IMG/VR virus record: IMGVR_UViG_3300050821_002136
Coordinates: 32,001-96,000 of that record
DNA length: 64,000 bases
Direction: 5' to 3' (one strand)
From: a virus
Shown: in pieces, positions 1-8,910 of the stretch
Layout: every line of letters begins with the position of its first letter
How positions within the stretch are numbered: the stretch's first letter is position 1
Translations under genes and position numbers: made by a program
Notes under the pieces: generated by a model
The model's database searches: none
What the model was told of the DNA's origin: nothing
The model's input: the letters and a program-made list of their open reading frames with translations, nothing else

Positions 1-2
1 AA

Positions 3-164
3 AGCAAGGCATTCGGCACGGCAGGCGAGGACTTTGACTGGTTTCAATCAGTGCAAGACTTCGCATGTTCTCTGATGCCAAAGCGTCTAGACCCTTCGCA
101 GATGAGGAAGCTGGCAAAGCAAGTTCTCGCAGACAACAAATACTTTGACACGGAGGCAGTATGA
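3..164 (+). CDS. Partial hypothetical protein (5' end outside window)
   Basis: Open frame from window start (SKAFGTAGEDFDWFQ...) to TGA, overlapping the next ATG (ATGA). Confidence 0.55.
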   Translation, partial: SKAFGTAGEDFDWFQSVQDFACSLMPKRLDPSQMRKLAKQVLADNKYFDTEAV

Positions 165-298
165 ACAAAGCCACATCGAAGAGCGGACGCCGCGCTGCAC
201 GCAAGCTGTTCCCCAAAGCCAAGCAGTCAACGCGACCATTCACCAGTGCGGATTACACAGCACTGCCGAGCATTCCCAACCGACCACCAACGAAGTAA
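161..298 (+). CDS. Small basic hypothetical protein (45 aa, MNKATSKSGRRAARKLF...)
   Basis: GGAGG at 152-156 before the ATG; below the ORF-track length cutoff. Confidence 0.55.
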   Translation: MNKATSKSGRRAARKLFPKAKQSTRPFTSADYTALPSIPNRPPTK

Positions 299-454
299 AG
301 CAACGTGGGTGTAAACATCACATCAAAGGTGGATGAAGCCCACGATCCCCTCTCTCAGGTAGGCTGAGGCAGCACATAGCAGCACATCATACGGAGGCAG
401 AGACCATATGCAATCGAGCTGAGGCAAGCTCAGCAACGCAGGGAAAGTGTCCTG

Positions 455-522
455 CGTGATACTACAACGCACGCGCAACTGCTTGCTAGAGATTCGCTAG
501 GGCAGCGCCTTGTAGTGTCACG
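455..522 (+). promoter_or_regulatory. Long RNA hairpin immediately 5' of an RBS (possible processing or translational control site)
   Basis: CGTGATACTACAA (455-467) pairs with TTGTAGTGTCACG (510-522), with an inner CTGCTTGCTAG/CTAGGGCAG stem; GGAGG at 522-526. Confidence 0.5.
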
Positions 523-531
523 GAGGGCATC

Positions 532-717
532 ATGAATACTGTGGAGATTCGCAATCTGACTGACTTGGAGATTCGTACACTTAGGACTGCTCTGGAGACC
601 TTGAGTGTCACTAGTCCAAGCAAGAGTACTGACCGCTGGGCCAGTGACGTTATGCTCGAAGACGATGCCAAGTTTATCAAGCAGCTTCTATGGATCGAGA
701 AAGGAAACATCTCATGA
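532..717 (+). CDS. Hypothetical protein
   Basis: GGAGG RBS; ATGA coupling to the next gene. Confidence 0.7.
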   Translation: MNTVEIRNLTDLEIRTLRTALETLSVTSPSKSTDRWASDVMLEDDAKFIKQLLWIEKGNIS

Positions 718-932
718 TCAAACTGGAAATTACGGACAGCCAATTCGATACCATCTTGGCAGCACTGTGGAACGCCAAGGCGCAAGCTTCCAACACTGGT
801 ACGCACGTAAACGACATGTACATCGGTTCCCCCATTGTTGTGGAACTGACTAACCTCATGGCAAAGATCGGCAACCAACGCGACTCACAAATTCGAGCGG
901 AGGCACTCCTTGATTACCAACTTAACGGATGA
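714..932 (+). CDS. Hypothetical protein
   Basis: AAGGA RBS; start at MIKLEITD. Confidence 0.7.
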   Translation: MIKLEITDSQFDTILAALWNAKAQASNTGTHVNDMYIGSPIVVELTNLMAKIGNQRDSQIRAEALLDYQLNG

Positions 933-1212
933 TGAACAGCATCGACATCCAAACGGCCTTGGCTGGGTTGCCAATACAGCCAAGGTTGACCCCAGCGTTT
1001 ATGTAGGTCCGCATGCGCTTGTCTATGGCCAAGCCGAGCTGACAGACAAAGTACGCATCCTAGATGTAGCTCAGGTGTCTGGGCATGCCAAGCTAAGCGG
1101 GGACGTAGTTGTCTCACGGCATGCTTGGGTGGACGGGAACACCAAAGCAACCACTGGGCACTTCTACAAGAACGAACGGGCGCAGGCCACTAAACAGGAG
1201 CGTATCAGATGA
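910..1212 (+). CDS. Left-handed beta-helix (hexapeptide repeat) protein
   Basis: HRHPNGLGWVANTAKVDPSVYVGPHALVYGQA followed by hexapeptide periodicity; TTG start with GGAGG. Confidence 0.7.
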   Translation: MITNLTDDEQHRHPNGLGWVANTAKVDPSVYVGPHALVYGQAELTDKVRILDVAQVSGHAKLSGDVVVSRHAWVDGNTKATTGHFYKNERAQATKQERIR

Positions 1213-1282
1213 ATGAAGAAAAAGAAGAGGCAAGAGCAGAAAAACTGCATCAAGCTATTGAGGAAGTTCTCACAGAGGTGCA

Positions 1283-1603
1283 ATGATGATCAAGGGCTAC
1301 AAGCTGTTTCGCTTACGCAAGGACGGCACACTTGGGCCTTTGTTTATCGGCGCGAGACTGCGCGTGCCTGTAGGACTGTGGCAGGAAGCTCAGGGCATAT
1401 ACGTCAAGGGCTTTGCCTATCGTCCCGGTTGGCACGCGTGCTCTAGGCCGGAAGCTCCGCACCTATCGAAGCGCGGCAGAGTGTGGTGCGAGGTATCGCT
1501 CAGTGGCGTGCAGGAGCACCGCAGGCCTGAGACTCAGGGTGGGCTCTGGTACGTTTGCCAATGGCTACGGGTAGATCGTATAATGGTGGAGGGTGGAAAA
1601 TGA
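1283..1603 (+). CDS. Phage hypothetical protein
   Basis: GAGG RBS; GYKLFRLRKDGTLGPLFI...RPGWHAC...PHL...RVWCEV. Confidence 0.7.
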   Translation: MMIKGYKLFRLRKDGTLGPLFIGARLRVPVGLWQEAQGIYVKGFAYRPGWHACSRPEAPHLSKRGRVWCEVSLSGVQEHRRPETQGGLWYVCQWLRVDRIMVEGGK

Positions 1604-1812
1604 AGACTCGCAACGAAGAGCGCGTTTATAAAAGTTTGTGGCACCTGCTCATTGCAGGCATGGGAGTGTATGAGCTACGCAACCACAAGACAAAGCTGTC
1701 CAAGGTGCTTGCAGTGGGCCTGATCGCGTTCCACGTAGATGCCGCACTCTGTGACGCTATGGATATTCCCACAACAATGCAACGGTGGTTGAGAAAGCTG
1801 AGGCCGGAATGA
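1600..1812 (+). CDS. Small membrane-associated hypothetical protein
   Basis: Coupled start; two hydrophobic segments. Confidence 0.65.
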   Translation: MKTRNEERVYKSLWHLLIAGMGVYELRNHKTKLSKVLAVGLIAFHVDAALCDAMDIPTTMQRWLRKLRPE

Positions 1813-2168
1813 GTGGCATCATGGGTAGATGTGAAAAGTGTGGCCATGTGTTCGATGTGCTACTTGGCTTCAACTGTCCTGCATGCGTGGCTTGGAGAAC
1901 AGAGCGTGTACGTGAAGCCTTCGCGCCTATTGATCCACTACGCACAGCGCTGGGGATACATGGCTTGCGCGAGGATGCCGAGCTGGATGGGGTATGGCAC
2001 TGGCACGGTGACCCGGGAGAATTTTACCGGAAGATGCAGCATAGGGAAGAATACCCGGGGCGGCTATGTGCGCCCAACGAAAATCAAGCAGAGGTACCCC
2101 GAGGGTGCAAGATGCCGACATCTGAAGAAGCTCAGGTGTACGAACTCAAACGAAGATTCAGACTGTAA
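1809..2168 (+). CDS. Hypothetical protein with N-terminal Zn ribbon
   Basis: CEKC...CPAC; ATGA coupling. Confidence 0.6.
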   Translation: MSGIMGRCEKCGHVFDVLLGFNCPACVAWRTERVREAFAPIDPLRTALGIHGLREDAELDGVWHWHGDPGEFYRKMQHREEYPGRLCAPNENQAEVPRGCKMPTSEEAQVYELKRRFRL

Positions 2169-2182
2169 CAACGGAGGATACA

Positions 2183-2353
2183 ATGGTTTACTTTGACAAA
2201 GTTTTCGAAACGCACGAACAAGCCGACAAGTTCATTGAGGAATACTACGCTGCATACCACCCCGCTGGGTATGGTACGTGGTGTCGTAAAGAAGACTTGC
2301 CGAACGATGGTGGGGTGAAAGTCAAAGTCAGTCGCGGATCGTCTTGCGACTAA
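2183..2353 (+). CDS. Small phage hypothetical protein (56 aa)
   Basis: GGAGG RBS; MVYFDKVF...YHPAGYGT...RGSSCD; not in the ORF track. Confidence 0.7.
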   Translation: MVYFDKVFETHEQADKFIEEYYAAYHPAGYGTWCRKEDLPNDGGVKVKVSRGSSCD

Positions 2354-2363
2354 AGGAGAAAAC

Positions 2364-2504
2364 ATGAGAGGTTTCGTAGCTCTGGCTCTGCTCGTACTGG
2401 TACCGCTAGCCTTAGGCTTTCCCGCGCTTTGGCTAGTGGTGGTCCCCATGGTGCTGTGGCTGCTGGGGAGTGACAAGGTACGCTTAGGAGATGATGACCT
2501 ATGA
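2364..2504 (+). CDS. Small membrane protein (46 aa)
   Basis: AAGGAG RBS; hydrophobic hairpin MRGFVALALLVLVPLALGFPALWLVVVPMVLWLLG. Confidence 0.65.
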   Translation: MRGFVALALLVLVPLALGFPALWLVVVPMVLWLLGSDKVRLGDDDL

Positions 2505-2587
2505 TCGCAGAGATGCTGAAGTTTTTCGCTGGTCAGTTTGTAATCTGGGTAGTTGTAGCGTCCACACTCAAGGCGGCAGGTTTATAA
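2501..2587 (+). CDS. Tiny single-TM peptide (28 aa)
   Basis: AGGAG upstream; ATGA coupling; hydrophobic. Confidence 0.45.
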   Translation: MIAEMLKFFAGQFVIWVVVASTLKAAGL

Positions 2588-2606
2588 TAATAAGAAGGGA
2601 GACAAC

Positions 2607-4430
2607 ATGCTACGTTCCTATCAGCAAGAGCAACTCGATTCCGCTTTGACCGAATACGTTAGTGGCGTCAATCAGCAACTGTTCGTTGCCGCGACAGGCA
2701 CAGGGAAGACTGTGATGTTTTCCAATCTGCCGGACAAGTTCAAGCATGTTCTCCCCGGCAAGATGCTTGTGACTGTGCATCGTGAAGAGCTGGTCAACCA
2801 AGCCATCTCTGCTATTCGCCACTGGAACCCAAGCCTAAAAGTAGGCAAGGAGATGGCCGAGCACTTCGCGGATACTGACTGCGATGTGATCGTGTCGTGC
2901 ATTGCCAGCATCGGACGCGAAGGTGCAACGCGCATGGAGCGCTTTGGATGGGACAATATCGACAAGTTCGTCATCGACGAAGCTCATCACGCCATCGCTT
3001 CAACGTACATGAACGTGCTGCAAGCCGGAGGATTCTTACAGCCGGGAACCAAGAAGCTGCTCATCGGAGTGACAGCTACGCCCAAGCGCAAGAACCTGAC
3101 GCGCACTGAGAAGAAGCAGCTCACCACACTGGACGACGAGGAGATCGTCTCGCTCAAGAGTGTGTTCAAGAAGATCGTACACAAGTACACCATACGTCAG
3201 GCTATTCGTGACGGCTGGTTAGTTCCATTGCGCGGACTCAAGCTGAAGACTGAGACCGACCTGAGCAACGTCAAGAGCACTGCTGGGGACTACCAACAGG
3301 ACCAACTGTCTGAGGCAGTCAACACAGCAACACGCAACCAGCAGATCGTGAAGTTCTGGCTGGACCATGCTGAGCAGCGCCATACCATAGCTTTCACTGT
3401 GGACATTGCACACGCTAAAGACTTGGCCCAAACGTTTGCAAGTACAGGCGTGAAGGCTGAGGCCATCTGGGGAGTTGATCCAGACCGAGCTGAGAAGCTG
3501 GCAAGGTTCAAGGCTGGGGACATCACAGTCCTATGCAATTGCGCTTTGCTGACCGAGGGCTTCGACGCGTGGCAGGTACAGTGCATCATCCTCGCGGCAC
3601 CTACCAAGAGCAGCTCCAAGTTCACGCAAGAGGTAGGGCGAGGCACACGTCTGGAAGAAGGCACTGGCAATCTTCTGGAAGCACTCAAGGCAGGCAAGTT
3701 TCTGCGCAAGAAAGACTGTCTCATTCTGGATGTGGTGGACAACAACAAGCGTTGCTCACTGGTGACATTCCCTAGTCTGTTGGGATTGAATCCAGACTTC
3801 GACCTGCAAGGTAAGTCTGTTACAGCAGCCATCGAAGAGATCGAAGTGTTACAAGAGAAGAACCCCGGCATCGACTTCGCACACCTCACTGACTTGAGCA
3901 AGGTGAAGATATATGTCGAATCGCTGGACATGTTCTCAGAGCCCTACACCCAAGAGGTGAAAGAATTCTCTGAGCTGACATGGATGCAGACTCAGGACGG
4001 TGCGTACGTCCTCTCTGTGCCTGAAGCCCGGGAAGTGAAGGAAGCCAAACAGTACTGGAACTTCCAACACGAGAAGCTCCACATCACGCCCAACGAACTG
4101 GACGAGTACGAGCTGAGCATTACAACGGTGAACACCGACCGTAAGCTTGGCACGTACAACACGCTCCAAGAGGCATTCACAACAGCTGATGAAGTCGTGC
4201 GTAGATGCCGTGCGGATCGTGTGCGTTTGCTCAAGCGTGAGGAGTCGTGGCACGCTGGGCCTGCAAGCGATGCAGCTAAGAAGTACCTGAGGACACTGAC
4301 CAAGGGCAAGCCATTCCTCTATTGCCTGTGCGCGGGTTCAGTAGGCACAGTCTGTGGAGCATGCATGAAGCAGAAAGGCATTACCGCAGGACAGGCCGCA
4401 CTGGCCATCAACAAACTCAAAGTCAAATAA
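2607..4430 (+). CDS. SF2 DExH-box helicase (ResIII/Helicase_C type)
   Basis: Q motif LRSYQ, Walker A ATGTGKT, DEAHH, TATP, LTEGFD, QEVGRGTR. Confidence 0.93.
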   Translation: MLRSYQQEQLDSALTEYVSGVNQQLFVAATGTGKTVMFSNLPDKFKHVLPGKMLVTVHREELVNQAISAIRHWNPSLKVGKEMAEHFADTDCDVIVSCIASIGREGATRMERFGWDNIDKFVIDEAHHAIASTYMNVLQAGGFLQPGTKKLLIGVTATPKRKNLTRTEKKQLTTLDDEEIVSLKSVFKKIVHKYTIRQAIRDGWLVPLRGLKLKTETDLSNVKSTAGDYQQDQLSEAVNTATRNQQIVKFWLDHAEQRHTIAFTVDIAHAKDLAQTFASTGVKAEAIWGVDPDRAEKLARFKAGDITVLCNCALLTEGFDAWQVQCIILAAPTKSSSKFTQEVGRGTRLEEGTGNLLEALKAGKFLRKKDCLILDVVDNNKRCSLVTFPSLLGLNPDFDLQGKSVTAAIEEIEVLQEKNPGIDFAHLTDLSKVKIYVESLDMFSEPYTQEVKEFSELTWMQTQDGAYVLSVPEAREVKEAKQYWNFQHEKLHITPNELDEYELSITTVNTDRKLGTYNTLQEAFTTADEVVRRCRADRVRLLKREESWHAGPASDAAKKYLRTLTKGKPFLYCLCAGSVGTVCGACMKQKGITAGQAALAINKLKVK

Positions 4431-4441
4431 GGAGAACAGTT

Positions 4442-4747
4442 ATGAACAGCAGAGAACTCGCAGTAGAACTTCGCAACGTCGCAAACTTCTTGGACACACG
4501 CCCTGAATTCGAGTTGCCTTCGTACTACAAAGCGAAGCAGTACATCACGTTCTGGGATAAGCAGGAGTTCATAGAGGCTGCGAAAAGTTTGGGAGACGCG
4601 ACCAAAGACTATACAGACTACGACTTCCAACTGACATCCAAGCATGCCCCGGTGGTTTTCAGCATTGCGCGGGACAAGGTCTGCAAGAAGACGGTGACCT
4701 TCGATTGCGAACCATTGTTCAGCATAGCAGAAGTGGAGGCGTTTTAG
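4442..4747 (+). CDS. Hypothetical protein
   Basis: AAGGAG RBS; start at MNSRELAV. Confidence 0.75.
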   Translation: MNSRELAVELRNVANFLDTRPEFELPSYYKAKQYITFWDKQEFIEAAKSLGDATKDYTDYDFQLTSKHAPVVFSIARDKVCKKTVTFDCEPLFSIAEVEAF

Positions 4748-4905
4748 TGGCTTGTGAGAAATGTTGGACAGATGCGTACTTCCGACATCGGTACCTTGAT
4801 CCCAACAAAAGCCAGTCGGATCACTACCATGAAATATTGGCCGAACGAGTGCTGAAGCCCTGCTCCGAAAAAGAGCAGGCAGGGGAAATAGGAGAAAAAG
4901 AATGA
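4747..4905 (+). CDS. Small Cys-containing hypothetical protein
   Basis: GGAGG RBS with GTG start; CEKCW. Confidence 0.55.
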   Translation: MACEKCWTDAYFRHRYLDPNKSQSDHYHEILAERVLKPCSEKEQAGEIGEKE

Positions 4906-5156
4906 AAAAAGTAATTGTAATTGCTCTGGTGTTTCTGGCAACACTTCTCGTCGCGGAAGAGAAGTACCGCATAGAGCGCTTGTCCGGCCAGCAACTAGGA
5001 AACGGTTTGCAGGTAGTTGCTTATCACGATACAGAGAGCGGTATAGAAATTTTGTGTTTCTATGACAACTCCGACGCTACTAACGGCATGCACTTGAATA
5101 CGGCGATTCCACAAGGCATTAGCTGCGTGACTACGGGAAGGCGGTGGACGAAATGA
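4902..5156 (+). CDS. Secreted small protein
   Basis: Signal peptide MKKVIVIALVFLATLLVA; a Cys pair (D.ESGIEILC...GISC). Confidence 0.7.
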   Translation: MKKVIVIALVFLATLLVAEEKYRIERLSGQQLGNGLQVVAYHDTESGIEILCFYDNSDATNGMHLNTAIPQGISCVTTGRRWTK

Positions 5157-5344
5157 CGTACATGACACAAGACATGTTGCCGGATACGTACATCTTGCTG
5201 TTCACGTTCTTTGGGCTTGGACTAGTGGGCCTGGGAGGCTTAGTCTTCCTAGGCTATGTCGTAGTCAAGCGCATCACTACACGGAAACCACAGACCAAAT
5301 GGAAACGCGACTGGGCAAAGATTGAGGAGGACCTAAGCCGATGA
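5153..5344 (+). CDS. Single-TM membrane protein
   Basis: Hydrophobic run followed by a basic tail. Confidence 0.6.
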   Translation: MTYMTQDMLPDTYILLFTFFGLGLVGLGGLVFLGYVVVKRITTRKPQTKWKRDWAKIEEDLSR

Positions 5345-5655
5345 AGCTAACCGAGAGGGCAAGCACATACCTACGCGAGCATGGCATCACTCTGCTTCGC
5401 ATAGGTGTGCAGGGTGGTGGATGCAGCGGCTTTCAATACCTCATAGAAGAGCCCGGGCCGGAAGACCAGTCTCCTCTGCCTGCTGACAAGGTCTTCACGT
5501 TCGATGGCGTCACTGTCTACGTGGACCCCATGTCCTACATGTACCTGTCTGAGTGCGAAGTAGACTATGTCTCGTCTCTGGAGATGTCCGGCTTCGTCTT
5601 CAACAATGCAGCGGCCAAGAGTACCTGTGGCTGCGGAAAGAGCTTCAACTCATGA
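5341..5655 (+). CDS. iscA: A-type Fe-S carrier (HesB/IscA/ErpA family)
   Basis: LRIGVQGGGCSGFQY, VYVDPMSYMYL, VDY and C-terminal TCGCGKSF; all three Cys present. Confidence 0.93.
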   Translation: MKLTERASTYLREHGITLLRIGVQGGGCSGFQYLIEEPGPEDQSPLPADKVFTFDGVTVYVDPMSYMYLSECEVDYVSSLEMSGFVFNNAAAKSTCGCGKSFNS

Positions 5656-5780
5656 CGCAAAAAGTAGTTGATAAAGAACTACTAAAGCTGACCAAGCGTC
5701 CCCCGAAAACAAAGGCTGAGAAGAACTTTCACGAGTGGCTGCTGTACTGCAAAACAGTACTAGAGAAAGGAAAATCATGA
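5652..5780 (+). CDS. Hypothetical protein
   Basis: ATGA-coupled on both sides. Confidence 0.5.
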   Translation: MTQKVVDKELLKLTKRPPKTKAEKNFHEWLLYCKTVLEKGKS

Positions 5781-5965
5781 CTCCATCACTTTTAGCAATC
5801 CTCGCTCGCTTCGATGGTGATCCCAAGCAGGCCCGGGATTACTGTGCAATCATGGCCTTGACCTACCCAGCTCTGGCCGAGGAGTACCAAGGGTATGCTT
5901 ACGCTCTGGAGGAGGAGTTCGTATATGAACCACTACGTGATCATCGACGGGCAGCTACAGCGTAG
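5777..5965 (+). CDS. Hypothetical protein
   Basis: AAGGA RBS; start at MTPSLLAIL. Confidence 0.6.
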   Translation: MTPSLLAILARFDGDPKQARDYCAIMALTYPALAEEYQGYAYALEEEFVYEPLRDHRRAATA

Positions 5966-6113
5966 TTCTCCCGAGACCAAGCGCTGGTCACGTAGGGCTG
6001 CTAAGGAGGTTCCTAAGAGTGCCCCGGAGGACATGCACGAGAATGTGCAATATCCAAAAATTGCACAAAACACAGATTGGGAGATCATTGAATCTCTGGA
6101 GGAACACGAATGA
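5925..6113 (+). CDS. Hypothetical protein
   Basis: GGAGGAG RBS; start at MNHYVIID. Confidence 0.6.
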   Translation: MNHYVIIDGQLQRSSPETKRWSRRAAKEVPKSAPEDMHENVQYPKIAQNTDWEIIESLEEHE

Positions 6114-6250
6114 ACGGAAAGAAAATGCTAACGTGCCCAAAGTGTGGTCGCTCAATTTGCATATACGAAAGGTGTGTGACCTACAGACCCGCAAGCTCTC
6201 CGCATCCTATTTTCTACAAACACCGATGCGCGGACAAGTTGACAAAGTGA
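6110..6250 (+). CDS. Small Zn-finger-like protein (46 aa)
   Basis: GGAGG RBS; MNGKKMLTCPKCGR...HRC. Confidence 0.55.
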   Translation: MNGKKMLTCPKCGRSICIYERCVTYRPASSPHPIFYKHRCADKLTK

Positions 6251-6267
6251 CCAAAGTTTGGTATAAT
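6239..6267 (+). promoter_or_regulatory. Consensus sigma70 promoter
   Basis: TTGACA (6239-6244), 17-nt spacer ending in TGG (extended -10), TATAAT (6262-6267). Confidence 0.88.
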
Positions 6268-6296
6268 CATTACACTGGTCAATACGAAGGAGTCAC

Positions 6297-6515
6297 ATGA
6301 AGGGTGCGTTCATCGAAGCAACTCTGCCGGAACTTAAGGGCGGGAAGATGTATCAATCAGGGCGAGGCGAGGGAGCCAATGCCAAAGCCGCCATCAGCCG
6401 AGCAATGGGTGACATGCTCAAGAAGATCAAGGGAAAGCGCATCAGCATCATCCAAGCACGCATCACATTGACAACCAAAGTCGAACAGGAGGTCGCTCAT
6501 GAAACTGAAGTTTAA
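6297..6515 (+). CDS. Hypothetical protein
   Basis: AAGGAG RBS; first gene after the promoter. Confidence 0.7.
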   Translation: MKGAFIEATLPELKGGKMYQSGRGEGANAKAAISRAMGDMLKKIKGKRISIIQARITLTTKVEQEVAHETEV

Positions 6516-7746
6516 AGATATCCTCAGCAATCCCTACCGCGACCTGAAGAGCAATCCTCTGCTCAAAGATAAGATTGTCGAGCTGGTCGCTTCCATCAAC
6601 ACGACGGGCTTCTGGGACAACGTCGTGGTACGCAAGAACAAAGCCGGGAAGTACGAGATCGCTTGCGGTGGGCATCACCGCATTGCCGCCGCCAAGGAAG
6701 CAGGGCTCACCGAGGCTGACTTCATAGTCAAGGAGTTCACAGACGCGCAGATGATTCAGGTAATGGACGCCGAAAATCGGGAAGTCTATGCCTCAAGTCC
6801 TGCGTCTGTGATCGAGTCGGTCAAGGCTGTAGTGGCTGCACTGACTGATGGGACCATTCCCGCATTCGAGGTGGACCCCAAAACAAACGCGCAGCACATA
6901 CGCTACGCACCCTCATACGTCGCTGGAAAGGAACCCGTTGCAGGTGCGCGAGCATACCCATATACCTCTACATTGATTGCCAAGTTCCTAGGTAGGGTAT
7001 ACCTAAATGGCCGAGCGGACACAGCGGTTGAAGCTGCTTTAAATTTCTTGCACCTGAAAGAGATGGGAGCTATCACTAACGCCATACTCGTGAAGGACAA
7101 GCAACCCATCACCGCTAGAAAGCTATTTGACATCACTGCGGACATCAAGAAGCGCACCGAGACCATAACGGAGCGCCGAGGAAAAACCCAAGAAGAACTG
7201 AACAAACTCCGCGAACAACAGCTAGCCGCACAGGCCAAAGCCAAAGCCGATGCCAAGCAAGCCGAAGACGAGCACAAGGCCCTCCTGAAGAAGGAAGCTG
7301 ACGCAAGGCGCGAGGAGAACAACCGCAAGGCTGACGCACTGGCCAAGCAGATCAAGGAGAAAGACGAACGCGCAAAGGCCAAGGAAGTTCTGAACCAACT
7401 AGCGATGGCTGACTTAGAAGCGAAAGTCGCTCAGAAGAAAGTCTGGGAAGCGGAGCAGCGCGTGCAGGATGTGTACCTTCCAATCCGACGAGATGTAGAA
7501 GTCATGCTTGGTAAGTTCGAGACCATGGTGTCTGAGCGCAATCCTCTGCGTGAAGACGTGAAGGCTCTGGCAAAGCTCAAGGCATTACGGCCGGAAGATC
7601 GCAAGCGCTTACGCACTGCCGCCGTAGCCGTGGCAGATTGGTTTTCCTCATGGGTAGCAGCACAGTTCGCACCGTTGCCCACTGCGAAAGCCGAGCTGAA
7701 AGAAATGGCTAAGAAAGAAAAATCGAAACGGTCAAAGGAGACCTAA
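6499..7746 (+). CDS. ParB/Sulfiredoxin N-terminal domain protein with coiled-coil C-terminus
   Basis: NPYRD...IVELVASINTTG...VVVRK...YEIACGGHHRIAAAKEAG...AEN. Confidence 0.8.
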   Translation: MKLKFKDILSNPYRDLKSNPLLKDKIVELVASINTTGFWDNVVVRKNKAGKYEIACGGHHRIAAAKEAGLTEADFIVKEFTDAQMIQVMDAENREVYASSPASVIESVKAVVAALTDGTIPAFEVDPKTNAQHIRYAPSYVAGKEPVAGARAYPYTSTLIAKFLGRVYLNGRADTAVEAALNFLHLKEMGAITNAILVKDKQPITARKLFDITADIKKRTETITERRGKTQEELNKLREQQLAAQAKAKADAKQAEDEHKALLKKEADARREENNRKADALAKQIKEKDERAKAKEVLNQLAMADLEAKVAQKKVWEAEQRVQDVYLPIRRDVEVMLGKFETMVSERNPLREDVKALAKLKALRPEDRKRLRTAAVAVADWFSSWVAAQFAPLPTAKAELKEMAKKEKSKRSKET

Positions 7747-7913
7747 TGGAAACCAAGAAGTACATTGTGCAAGCGCATTTTGACTGGGGCTGGAAGCGGT
7801 CTGGAAACACAGGAGCTGATGGCAAGTACACCAAAGAGAGCGCACAGAGACGCGCTCGCTATCAGGAAAAGAACGGAATGGGACTCAAGTACCGCATCAA
7901 GGAGATCAAATGA
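7746..7913 (+). CDS. Small basic protein, tandem paralog A (55 aa)
   Basis: AAGGAG RBS; METKKYIVQ...SGNTGADGKYT...SAQRRARYQ...YRIKE. Confidence 0.75.
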   Translation: METKKYIVQAHFDWGWKRSGNTGADGKYTKESAQRRARYQEKNGMGLKYRIKEIK

Positions 7914-8080
7914 AAACTAAGAAATACATCGTGCAGTTTATGTTGCCAGCCAGCCGTCGTTGGGTGCAGTCTGGTAATACGGGGTCTGATGGCAAGTACA
8001 CCGAAGGAAGCGCACAGAGACGAGCCCGTTACCAAGCACGAAAAAATGAACTTGAATACCGCATCAAGGAGAGCAAATGA
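7910..8080 (+). CDS. Small basic protein, tandem paralog B (56 aa)
   Basis: AAGGAG RBS; MKTKKYIVQ...SGNTGSDGKYT...SAQRRARYQ...YRIKE. Confidence 0.75.
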   Translation: MKTKKYIVQFMLPASRRWVQSGNTGSDGKYTEGSAQRRARYQARKNELEYRIKESK

Positions 8081-8334
8081 GAAAGCTGATTGAAGTGAAG
8101 GAGAGTCACATCAAGAACGGCAAGCCACGAAGTTATTCCTCTTGCCCCATTGCCTTGTCTCTAAAAGAGTATGGATACAAAGCAGTAGGAGTGGATGACG
8201 ACTGTGCAGAAGTTGATGGGTATTCTGTAGAGCTACCTACAAGGGCTACACGTTTCATACACAAGTTTGATAACAACAGGCCTGTGAAGGCTTTTAAGTT
8301 TTGGCTTAACGACCTGATAACGGAGGCTCAGTGA
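8077..8334 (+). CDS. Phage hypothetical protein
   Basis: AAGGAG RBS; HI..G......CPIAL...FI..FD pattern. Confidence 0.7.
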   Translation: MRKLIEVKESHIKNGKPRSYSSCPIALSLKEYGYKAVGVDDDCAEVDGYSVELPTRATRFIHKFDNNRPVKAFKFWLNDLITEAQ

Positions 8335-8720
8335 GAACGGACACCCAAGTAATCCATAGCGATGACATAGGTGAGGTCGTGGGCAGCTTCTATGGTGTCC
8401 CTATCAACTCCTTGAATCCCATTGCCTCAGAACTGAGGGAACTGGACGATGCTCAAGTTCGTGCTAGGGCTGGCCTAGGTACTGAACCAAGCCTTGCTGA
8501 GGTTCTTCCTGGGGAAGTTGCCAAGGACAACCTCATTCGACGCGAGACGACCGCTGAAGTCGTAGGTGAGACATTCTACGCCGAGGATATTCCTAAGGGA
8601 CGACAAGTGCCCATCTCAGAAGTCCCTGATGGAGTCTTAGTAACTTGGCGTCCGAACAACCTTGAATTTGCCGTCATCCACGAGGAGGTGACCGATGAAA
8701 TTTCCACACAAGGACGATAA
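8331..8720 (+). CDS. Hypothetical protein
   Basis: GGAGG with GTG start. Confidence 0.65.
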   Translation: MRTDTQVIHSDDIGEVVGSFYGVPINSLNPIASELRELDDAQVRARAGLGTEPSLAEVLPGEVAKDNLIRRETTAEVVGETFYAEDIPKGRQVPISEVPDGVLVTWRPNNLEFAVIHEEVTDEISTQGR

Positions 8721-8910
8721 GGACATGGCAGCTCTAGCGCGTCTGCCAAGCACAGCGTACGCTCACGACGACAGGCCTTACTTGTCTACCCAACGCTATA
8801 GCCTGAGCCCTGACTTCGAAGCCAGTGACGTGGTTGCTAAAGCCCGAGTGGACATGCAGTCTGCTCAGGAAAACCAATGGTGGATGAACCAGTGGAAGGA
8901 GAGCACATAA
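8695..8910 (+). CDS. Hypothetical protein
   Basis: GGAGGTG RBS. Confidence 0.65.
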   Translation: MKFPHKDDKDMAALARLPSTAYAHDDRPYLSTQRYSLSPDFEASDVVAKARVDMQSAQENQWWMNQWKEST

